From Octopus sinensis (lineage: Eukaryota), in the NCBI RefSeq assembly GCF_006345805.1, contig NC_043014.1, positions 6,386,001 to 6,450,000 of the forward strand: a DNA stretch of 64,000 nt, read 5' to 3'. Of this stretch, positions 52,991 to 64,000 are shown piece after piece; position 1 is the first letter of the stretch; each line of letters begins with the position of its first letter. The notes below the pieces were generated by a model. The model was given only the letters and a program-made list of their open reading frames with translations. It was not told the DNA's origin and ran no database searches. The translations under genes and the position numbers were made by a program.

Positions 52991-54946
52991 ATGTGTGTAT
53001 GTGTGTGTGTGAAGAGAGAGACAGGGGGTGAGAGAGAAAAAGGGAGAGAGATGAAAGTAAACATGGAAAAGCAGAACTTTTGGAATCACTTGAAAATCAT
53101 TTATTTTAGAGGAATATAAACTTACAGAGTCTCTTACAGCTGTTTCTAGAATAGCCAAGCATATGGATTTCATAGGCTGAGTATTCCGTCATCAGAGAGG
53201 AAAATGTGAGAGATGTCTAAAATGGGTATTAGTATATTCCAGTTTGTCAAAAGTGAAGGGTGGATCAGAATAAAATAGGTAAAATCCATTAACAGTTTCA
53301 AATGAGAATGCTCGATGATAATCCATGGCGCGGAATGGTGGGTGTTCGAATTCCAATTTTGAACAGGGAAGGAACGAGGGTTGAACAGGGATATTATTCT
53401 CTAGTCAGGAGGAAAGACAGACGGGTGGATGTAGTAGAGTAGATATAAACTAGTTAGTATAGTGGGGGGGGTGCTTATCGAAAGATTTTAAGGGGTGCAT
53501 GTATTAATTTATATATAGACAGATAGATAAAGGGATGAAGAATTGCAGATGTCAGATGCTGTCATTCGTTAAGTGACCACCAACGCTGGCCAGAGTTGGC
53601 TAAAGTGAAAGGGCAGAAAATCCTCTCTATAACTGTATAATTTATTCGGTCATGGAACTACGTAACGTATACAGATATATATGAGGGATTTTCACTCTGT
53701 TTCCGTCGAGAAGGATTTAGTAGGGCGCAGGTCTATAATGGAAGACTCGTGGCCAAAGTGCTGCAAGGTGAAACTGAACCTGAAACACCCGGTTGCAAAC
53801 TGGATCTCTTAAGATTACATCTATGCCTACGCGTTACCCAAGCATCTGTGTTTTGTGTGAGTTTGTGTGTGTGTGCATGTGTGTGCGTGTGTGTGTGTGT
53901 GCGTGTGTGTGCGTGTGTGTGCGTGTGTGTGTGTGTGTGTGTGTTGTGTGTGTGGTGTGTGTGTGTGTGTGAATGTTATTGACTGATAGATCAAAGCGAC
54001 CACAAATCGAAATAGAACACGATATGATTTATAAAAATTGAAGAAAAGTGCACAACAAATACACACCTAACACACACCACCACCCACATATACATAAACA
54101 AACACACACACACACATACACACTCGCACACTCACATTCACACACACACAAACAGAGACACACACACACACACACACAAGCACTTTTATTTACAGATTTA
54201 ATAACATTTTGGCAAAGAATCTCCGTTGACACGATCTCACTGTTTCACTTTCCCGAAGCTAAATCTTTCGAATCCAGACACGCGGTGAACTTTGGAATAC
54301 TTTTCAGAATAGTTCTTTCCAATCTTGTCAATTCCAAAGAGATTTTCTTGAAGAATTTAGCAGCGTTTTCTAAATTCAAAATACTCAGTTTTCGTAAATA
54401 GTGCCAGTGAAGGTAAATATATAAACTGTGTTTTTTTGGGGGGTTTTTTGTTTTGTTTTGTTTCTTAGGCCTTCAAAACCTTTATTACCTCCACCTTCGC
54501 TAAGGCGGAGGTACTGCTTAGAGACGTGTTTGTTTGTTTGTTTATCTGTGGACAAGATATATCAAGAACCGATGGATGGATTCGGATGAAAATTTCAGGA
54601 ATGTTTGACCTCGCGACTGGCACGAACTGATTAAATTTTGGGATCGATTCGGTGCCGGTCAAGGATTCTGGATTATTTACCCTATTTTTTTTTACCTAAT
54701 TTTTGAGAGCGGTCGGGTTCATTTTTAGTATTCTCATTTTAAAAATCATCTCCGGTTAATCGTTGACAGGACGTTGGTGTTGCCTTGGCGGGGTCTGCTC
54801 TCTCAAAGTGCTCTTGTTTTAAATTCACGTCCTTCCAATTTTTAATGAAAGCGCTAAATGTGTCTGAGTGAGTGTGCGCGATCGCGCATTTCCTGGTGTT
54901 TGTGTTGTTTCCCCACTGTCTCTTGGCAACCTTTTTTTTTTTTTTT

Positions 54947-55325
54947 TAGAAGCACTCCGTCGGTTACGACGACGAGAGTTCCGGTTGATCCGAATCAACG
55001 GAACAGCCTGCTCGTGAAATTAACGTGTAAGTGGCTGAGCACTCCACAGACACGTGTACCCTTAACGTAGTTCTCGGGGATATTCAGCGTGACACAGAGA
55101 GGGACAAGGCCGGCCCTTTGAAATACAGGTACAACAGAAACAGGAAGTAAGAGTGAGAGAAAGTTGTGGTGAAAGAGTACAGCAGGGATCGCCACCATCC
55201 CCTGCCGGAGCTTCGTGGAGCTTTAGGTGTTTTCGCTCAATAAACACTCACAACGCCCGGTCTGAGAATCGAAACCGCGATCCTATGACCGCGAGTCCGC
55301 TGCCCTAACCACTGGGCCATTGCAC
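54947..55325 (-). mobile_element. tRNA-derived SINE
   Basis: Homologous to 15096-15484. Confidence 0.85.
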
Positions 55326-56522
55326 CCCTTGGCAACCAATGCTGGCATATTTACGTCCTTGTAACTTAGCGTGCAGTAAAAAGACTGATAACAATAAGTA
55401 CTAGGTTTGAAACAATAAGTACTGGAGTAGTAGAGACTTCTCTGACTCACACTTGATCCGAACTATTTAATTTCCGACTCTAAGTCACTCACCCCAATTT
55501 TTCTCACACACTAACTCATCATTTCTTAGCCTCTATCTTCTACGTATTGTGTTTCTCCTCTCAAATCTAGGTCCTCCTTCTCTTCTTGCGTGATATCGGA
55601 ATATTCACATAAATAAAAGTTGATATTCTGGATAAATGCATTTAAAATATCAACTTTCGATGCTGCAATTATTCCGATATTATTCGTGTTCGTCGTACCT
55701 TTATTCAGACTTTTGTACAAAATCAGAACAGTCAGATTAGAACAAGGAAACAATTTGTTTCTTTATAGCTTGATGTATCACCCTCGTTATTCTCATCCAC
55801 TCCCCCCATCCTCATCACCATTTGATGTCCCTTTTTCCATGATGACATGGATTGGACGGTTCATCAGGGGCTGGTAAGTCAGAGGAGTGAGTCATGCACC
55901 AATGTCTACATTACAATAGTTTCTACAGATGGGTGCTCTGCCTCACTCCAACAACTTTACAGAGTGTATTGATGTATTTTTTTTGGCACCATCTCTAATG
56001 GGGTCACCAATTCTCTGCAAGACAAGGTCCCTCAACGGACTGTCGTAAGCCATACCTCACTTTCATAATTATCTAGTATATATATAAATCACAGTATGCG
56101 TGTGTATATTGACAAACGCATACATTTCCACAATTCTCAACCGATATTCACCAAACTTTACACGCACATTACCTATGTCCAAAAGATGGCCATGCACGGA
56201 AACATTTTGCCAAGAGCTGCTGCGCAAATGGACAAACAAGGAAAAAAACTGTGGTTTACGCGGGGTTTTCTCTAACTCTTTTTATGTACAAATTTCTTTT
56301 TCTTTTTTTGTATGTAGGATCTTCCATACTTTTTTAATCTATATATGGCCGTATATTGGCATTAGAGAATAGTTTTTAGTGATTTTCAATTTTTTTTATT
56401 CATTATTTATTCATATGTTGTAATTGTATATTATTACTTTCCATATTGTTTTTATATGTGTATTGGTGTGTATTGGGCGTTTTGGTTAGAGAATATAAAA
56501 GTGAAAGGATTTCATCTATCTA

Positions 56523-56916
56523 CTAGCAGTATCGCCCGGCGTTGCTCGGGTTTGGAAGGGAAATAACTATATAAGCATTTTTAGAGATGTAAAGTATAAT
56601 AGCCATCTCAATATGACTAACCACAAAGGGGGGGGTTACTGTAGATTTTTACGTTCTGAAATTTAATAATAAATGTTTAGAGAGCTACTTCCCTTATATA
56701 TACCAAAAATGCATTAAAAAATGGGAAATATTGATGGTAAATATGTTTTTTAATCGTAGACTCATCGTAGACGCGCGCTAATACCCAGAAGGGCTTGATA
56801 TGAATCACGACTATAAGATACCAGGTTTTGGTTAAACTGCACCGCAAAATGTGGGAGTAGTTAGGAATCTAAATCGTAGGAGACAGACAGCACACAACCT
56901 CTCTTTTATATATAAA
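56523..56916 (-). mobile_element. Helitron-like copy 3
   Basis: Reverse complement of the 9973-10369 family. Confidence 0.8.
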
Positions 56917-57224
56917 TATTTTGTGTGCTTTTCCTACTTTTTTAATCGATAGGAGCCGTATATTTGCATTACAGTATATTTTTTAGTTGTTTTTACATTT
57001 TTTTAATTATTTATTTAGATGTTGTTATGGTGCATTAATACTTTCTATATTCTTATTTGTATGTGCATTGGTCTGTATCGTTTGAGCCTTTCGGTTAAAG
57101 AATATTACAAAAGTGAGAGGATTTTGTCTATTTATTTCGACTGTCCACCTGCGACGATCATTAAATTGACTAGGAACACTGTACGCGATGGATATCCAAC
57201 ACCAAACGATCTTAATCTCTTTAC

Positions 57225-57635
57225 TCTTTACTCTTTTACTTGTTTCAGTCATTTGACTGCGGCCATGCTGGAGCACCACCTTTAGTCGAGCAATTCGACC
57301 CCGGGACTTATTCATTGTAAGCCCAGTACTTATTCTATCGGATTCCCATTTGCCGAACCGCTATGTGACAGGGACGTAAACACACCAGCATCGGTTGTCA
57401 AGCAGTGCTAGGGGGACAAACACAGACACACAAACATACACACAAACACACACATATTTATACATATATACGATGGGCTTCTTTCAGTTTCCGTCTACCA
57501 AATCCACTCACAAGGCATTGGTCGGCCCCAGGCTATAGCAGAAGACACTTGCCCAAGGTGCCACGCAGTGGGACTGAACCCGGAACCATGTGGCTGGTTA
57601 GCAAGCTACTTACCACACAGCCACTCCTGCGCCTA
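57225..57635 (-). mobile_element. Second SINE family copy
   Basis: Reverse complement of the 17011-17400 family, full length. Confidence 0.85.
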
Positions 57636-58449
57636 TATCTCCGGCGCCTAAATCTCCATATTTAATTTGCATTAAATTTTGGCAAGCTTACCTTTACCTA
57701 TTCTGAGTTACTTAAAAGGTGATGTTTCCTTCCATCTTTTCTATTTGGTGATACCTTTGTTTACCAGCCAAAGCGTTGTCACACTTTAAGGATTCTTATT
57801 TACCCATCCGTTATGATATTTCGATTGTTGTCCGTTGTTTCAAATACGTTTTAGCATTGTGGTATTAACCTTTTTTTAAACAATCACAAGAAATTTCGCT
57901 TTCACGTAAAACAACAATATTTTGTAGCCATTACCTATAATCTACTTCTAAAACACTTTAGTAGCTCTACTTAGCATCGTTTGCAAACTTATATATGTTC
58001 TATGATCGTTAAAATGCAACAACCTCCACAATAACCAGCCCTCAATTTGGTGTTCCGTTCCTAGGTTAATCGGAATCATAGATTTCCCTGCTACTCATAA
58101 ACCATCTCGCTTGTTCAATTCTTTGGTGAAAAAATACCACCAAAGCAACTTAAACCTTCCAAAAGGACGGGTTCACCTGCTAGTCCTTCATAAAAGCTAA
58201 TTTTAAAATATTTTTCTCATTTCCGATGAGACTATTTTTTATGATTATTATTATTTTTCTGTTTTGCTTATTTTGCACTTTTTCATTAATTAACTAATTC
58301 ATTTTATCATTAATTAGTTTCATCACATTTCGACACGAAAAACTATTGCCAAATTTTCTCTAATTCTTATTTGACCTCGATCAAATATGTCACGTGGTTA
58401 CAATGCTTCTGTTCGAAGCAGTCGGCGCTCGTTTTCTCTACCAACCAAC

Positions 58450-58531
58450 ATGGTGACGACGACGACGACGATGATGATGATGATGATGATGATGATTATA
58501 TCCGTGATGATTCTTCCATGCATGTCAGTCA
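58450..58531 (+). CDS. Ig-family gene 3, exon 1 (signal peptide MVT5M8IISVMILPCMSV)
   Basis: Third paralog, phase-1 gtaagt donor at 58532, upstream in-frame ATG at 58387. Confidence 0.75.
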
Positions 58532-58601
58532 GTAAGTTCAGATTAAAAACAACAAATATATTTCTTCAAGCTTTTCATTCCTTTCTCTCACCTCTTTCAA
58601 C

Positions 58602-58649
<48 letters not shown>

Positions 58650-59829
58650 CGTATACTCTCTTTTCTTTGTTCTTTCTATGTCACTCTCTTACTCTTACTA
58701 TATGGGGGAGTGCATGTGTGTGTGGGTGTGTAACTTAAACCCCTTGGAAGCAAGTGAGGGTGACGGTTTTCTGACATTTCACTGTTCAAATCTCACCGAA
58801 ATTAAATTTGCCTAGCAAGAGTATCGGTGGTAATAATCAACCACCTCCTCTAAAGATTCTTTCCCGTTTACTGAAATCAGAAACCATGTTTCAATAGCAA
58901 TCTGTATATCATACTTAATGCAGATATGTCGTTCAAAGACTGTAGTATTCGTCTCCAGAAAAATTATCTGATGGACGTATGACGTATTCCTCTTTAGACG
59001 CCATGTTCATAAGCGGTCACTTCTTGACGTCATTTTCTGTTCTTTGTTTTCTGTAACATTTTCACTTCCTGATGTTTAATGCCTCTTTCTTCCAACCAGG
59101 AAGTCAAGCTCGACATCCATGTCATCCTAAGTCTTCCGCTGCTTCATTTCCCTTCAGTCTTTCAAGTTCACCTCCTAATTTTTCAGGCCTTCTTTCTTCA
59201 TTACGTAACGAAGGAACTACTGCATGACGCAGAAATCTCAGTTTCTTGGTTTATCTCACGAAGTTACTTCCTATTTACCGCAGCAGCCCTAGCCGTCACT
59301 TCTTCCCTAGATACTCTGTCTCATTTGCAGTGCTAAAATTATACTGAAATAAAACCAGGAGCAGACGAACATCGTCCAGAAGAAGATGTAACATTGCTAA
59401 ATGCTCCGTTTCGCTTCCTTGAGAGTCGTCAGTAGGAAGGATTCACTGAGCAACTGCTTGCTAAAGCGATTTAGCCCCTTATGATGCAGAAAAACAGTGA
59501 TTTTTCAGTCACTTGTGTCCCAAATAGCCGGAATGCTGAATAGTAATTTGTTGTAAGCGACGGAAGCAGGATTATTTCAATAAGGCAATCTATAAATCAT
59601 ACTTAAAGCCACATTGTATGCCACGTTGTACAACGATTACTGATTGGCTAGTTAAAAACCAATTGAAACAGCGTAAAGTTGGGTGAACATTTTGACGGAA
59701 ATCACAATTTGGTCGACAAATGGCGACGCCCGCAGATGACGTCATATGTGCAAAGAGTTCGTTGTTACTCACCCTCTACAAATTATATAAGTCTATATTG
59801 TACCAAGATCAAATATGGGATATATATAC

Positions 59830-59879
59830 ATATAGATAGTTAGATAGACAGACAGACAGATAGATAGATAGATAGATAT

Positions 59880-59965
<86 letters not shown>

Positions 59966-59966
59966 T

Positions 59967-60047
<81 letters not shown>

Positions 60048-60064
60048 TGACTGACAGACAGACT

Positions 60065-60163
<99 letters not shown>

Positions 60164-60164
60164 T

Positions 60165-60248
<84 letters not shown>
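59830..60248. repeat. (GATA)n/(GACA)n microsatellite
   Basis: Direct reading. Confidence 0.95.
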
Positions 60249-60249
<1 letters not shown>

Positions 60250-60628
60250 GTTTCTTTATTGGCCACACAGGGCTGCACACAAATGGGACAAATTACAAGG
60301 TAGAACTTTTCTTTTGGGGGATGAAAAAAACAAAAAACAAAAGAAACAAAAAAAAGTGGCTTAGGTTTTCGATCAAAAGGGATCGTAAAAGGGAAAAAAG
60401 AAAAAAAAACGAAAAAAAAGGGAAAAAAGGGAAAGAAACAAAAGAAAAGAAAAAGGAAAATAGAAGAAAAAAGAGGAAAAAGGGGAAGAGGAAAAAAACG
60501 ATCAATAGAGATCGTGTATCACAGTGTCATGATGTACGGTGTAAAGGGGGAAGCAGATAAGGTTTATCCGTGGGAAGAAAAGCCTACGAAAAAGACCACG
60601 GTAACCTCGATCAATATTGTTATATTAA

Positions 60629-60717
<89 letters not shown>

Positions 60718-60950
60718 AAGACTCATTCGAGGTAGAATCAACAAAGAAGTGTTCCGTCCAGTGAGAGAAAAATATCGATTTAATACACAAACCGAAAGAG
60801 CTACTTATAGTTTCATGCTTTTATGATACTTGATCAGATAACTTTCGGGTTTCGCGTCTAAAGTAGAAGCGATAATTAAATCTGTCTTTGAGAAATTGTT
60901 TCCGTCCCATTTTTCGTGTATTCATTCATTGATTTGTTCCTCACTCATAG

Positions 60951-61283
60951 ATCGTGTTGAAATGACAAGCCTAACGCCTTTCGATGGATTTGGGGACGAA
61001 GAACTAACCAGAATGGAAATTACATGTAACTTTGTAGCCAACAACTTAGGTTTCTTCAGACTCAGACGAAACGATGAAGTCGTTGTTGATATTGGTTTCC
61101 ACGAAGTTGTGGGAGTTTTTGAAGTCATCTATGCCGCGAAAGATTTCGGTTGCATCTTACCGCGAGTTGCAGCGACTAGAGGTGAATTGCATTGTTGGAA
61201 AAATAACTTGGATTGCAGAGATGTAGCATCTTATACATGTGAGATATCGAATGCAATCGAGTCGAATTCAAGGTTTCTCAAAG
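60951..61283 (+). CDS. Ig-family gene 3, exon 2 (V-like Ig domain)
   Basis: catag acceptor, gttaat donor, 333 nt, phase 1-1. EITC...DVASYTC; about 60% aa identity to gene 1. Downstream exons not found in the window. Confidence 0.85.
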
Positions 61284-61789
61284 GTTAATTTTGTTTCTTC
61301 TAAGGGAAAAATAGCACTACTACTACTACTACTACTACCACCCCAACAACAACTACAAACGCAATAAAATCTAATACAAACTACTAATACTAAAACATCA
61401 AATAATAATAATAATAATAATGATGATGATGATGATGATAATAATAATAATAAGTGGGGGAGCATCACAGCCATGTGTTGAGAGGGATTCTTTGGGGTTT
61501 GAATAATTCACCTCTGGAAACATGGGTGGTTCGTTCAACATCCTTAAACAACCCTTATTCAGGGACCCTTTCAGCGGAATGGGGTACTCGACCAGAAGAA
61601 AATTCTAACTGGGCCCCACCTGCAAGGTCATGTGCTGTTTATCTTGATATGAGATCACCATGTCACGCACATATGATCGTGATGCATGTGCCTAGTGCAC
61701 CCTTATCAGACGAGTAGTCATGATGGGTATACTGGGCTTCGTATATTTTACCCCAGTATCACTTTGAGGGCATGCACTGTTCTCTCACT

Positions 61790-62202
61790 CAATAATTATA
61801 AGAATAAAGAATCATTATTCATATACACACACAACAGATTAGACTGTTGGAAATGAAAAATCCCTGACATCGGGCTATAAGTAACTGTGGATGCGATAAA
61901 CCCTCCCAAGTATCCCTACTGTCCCCTGTTTTAAGAAGCTGCAGTAAACTGTGTTTTATGCCTATTTCTTCCCACCATCTATTCAAATCTTTAGGGGTAG
62001 TTCCTAATGTATCTACAACTACAGGGATACATTTTACTTTCCATAGTTTCTGTAATTCAGTCACTAGGTCCTAGTACTTCGCTATATTTTCTATTCCTCT
62101 CATATTGACATTTTTATCATTTAAGACTGTAAAGTCAATTATTTGGCACTTTCTATTCCCTTTATCTACTACTACTACTATACTACTACTACTACTACTA
62201 CT

Positions 62203-62239
<37 letters not shown>

Positions 62240-63330
62240 CAAATCAGGCCTTCTAGCTGGTATTAGTCTGTCAGTCTGAATGTTAAAGTCCCACAACATC
62301 TTATATTTCTTACATTCTAGTTCATACCATTCATCAGTAGGGTTAAAACCTAGCTTTCTACATAACTCCCAATCGATTACTCTAGGTTGTCATGTCTTTT
62401 CTTTATGTACCAGCATGCTACATTCACTTGCTATAAGAGTAACACTTTTCTCCTTTGATTTGCATAACTTACACGCATAATCTACTTGGTTTTATCCATC
62501 TTGTCTTTCATCAAGTTAGTCCTTAACGCTTGATCTTGTGCAGCTACTAACAAACTTTCTGTCTATCTTTTCAGCCTCCTCTTTTGCAGTAATAACCATG
62601 TTTTACTACTATTATTTGGTGCAATTATCTTTGGGAATCTGCCATGCTGGTTTTAACTTCATTTGACTTTTTAGTTTCCTTATATATGCTGCGACTCTAG
62701 CAGTTTTAATAAACTTTCTTCACTATTACCGACATAGGAGTCTATATCTACTCCAGCTAACTCCACACAGTCTTGTACTGATATTAATGCTCTTCTGCCT
62801 TCCTTCCTAGATAAGTATAATCGTGCTACTCATGCCCTTGGATGAAGGCCCTCATTCATATTGAATTCCTTCCTAGTTCTTCTGTCTAGCTTTGCTAATT
62901 CAGTTTTTGTCCAATCCACAAAAGCTGCTGAGTATCTAAGTAATGACACTGCACAAGTATTTACAGCCTTCGCTTTGATTTCATTAGCTTCCTCACCTTT
63001 CCGATGTACTCCTTCTCAATTTTCGTTTTCATTTCTTCAGTTAGTATTCTGTCAGATTATGATAATCCTAGAAACGTATAACTCATCCATTCAATGATCT
63101 CAAAGTCTGGTCGTCAGGTAATTGGATGCCTTCGTTGTTGCCTACCTGTCCCCTTCTCATGTCTAATATTGCGCACTAATCTATGCCAAATTCCATGCCT
63201 ATATCTTTACTTAAAAGTTTTACACTCAGTTTTAAAGAATATCTCTCTTTTTCATTCCAACTAAAAGGCTTCAGATCTTCCATCTTGTTTCGTTAAATAT
63301 GTCGCCGTACCTGCATTAGGGTCAGAACTG
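61790..63330 (-). mobile_element. Degenerate REL-type LINE 3' portion
   Basis: Minus-strand peptide ELQKLWKVKCIPVVVDTLG resembles the C-terminus of R4/Dong-type ORFs; flanked by (TAA)/(CTA) repeats. Confidence 0.6.
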
Positions 63331-63522
63331 TTTCATTATCATTACTATTATTATTATTATTGTTGTTGTTGTTGTTGTTTTTTGTTGTTGTTGTTGTTGT
63401 TGTTGTTGTTATTCTATGTTTGACTTTTGCTTTACCTTTGTGTAAGTTGGCTCCAAGTCTCACCCAGAGACCTCAAGAGACAAGTTGGAAGTTCATGTTG
63501 GTGTTATGCCTAGGGTGCCATA

Positions 63523-63585
<63 letters not shown>

Positions 63586-63596
63586 CAATATTATTA

Positions 63597-63676
<80 letters not shown>

Positions 63677-64000
63677 ATTAAGGCGGTGAGCTTGTACACT
63701 CTTTACTGCGCCGAGTAAAATGCTTACCGGTATTTCGATCGTCCGTACATTTTGGGTAGAACTACCGTCGAGGTAGATTTCTCCTTTTCCTATCGGGGTT
63801 GATAAAATGAGTACCACTTGAGTACTGGGGTCGATGTTATCGAGTATCGCCCTCCCCCACTATAAATTTTAGGCCTTGTACCTTTAGTAGAAAGGATTGT
63901 TATCATTATTATTAGTGTAGTGAGATGGCAGAATCGTTAGCGAGTCGATAATAATGCTTAACAGCATTTCGTCCATCCTTACGTTCTGAGTTCAAATTCC

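Overview
Repeat-dense eukaryotic DNA. The (TA)n/(GATA)n/(TAA)n load and the tRNA-derived SINE families suggest an octopus or other cephalopod (inference). The window starts with the last three coding exons of a soluble guanylate cyclase beta-1-like gene (+; 1716-2097, 3808-3962, 6358-6511). The rest is three tandem segmental duplicates, each carrying an unrecognised + strand cell-surface gene with four phase-1-linked exons: a signal peptide built from an (ACG)n(ATG)n microsatellite (poly-Thr/poly-Met), a 333-nt V-like Ig exon, a C-like Ig exon, and a GPI-signal-like hydrophobic tail. Gene 2 splices into an intact 289-aa ORF. Gene 1 is complete but has a 1-nt tail frameshift relative to gene 2. 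Gene 3 runs off the window. The V-like exons differ mostly at amino-acid-changing sites and look mosaic, consistent with a diversifying recognition-receptor family; this is the main candidate for an undescribed system. A second, open copy of the guanylate cyclase terminal exon sits at 23450-23603. Between the genes are CR1-like, R4/Dong-like and RTE LINEs, Penelope-like elements, hammerhead-ribozyme-like motifs, non-autonomous Helitrons (one with filled and empty sites), mariner/Tc3 remnants and SINEs. Frequent 1-nt homopolymer indels suggest residual long-read errors, so single frameshifts should be treated cautiously. All identities and counts were done by hand; no database searches were run.
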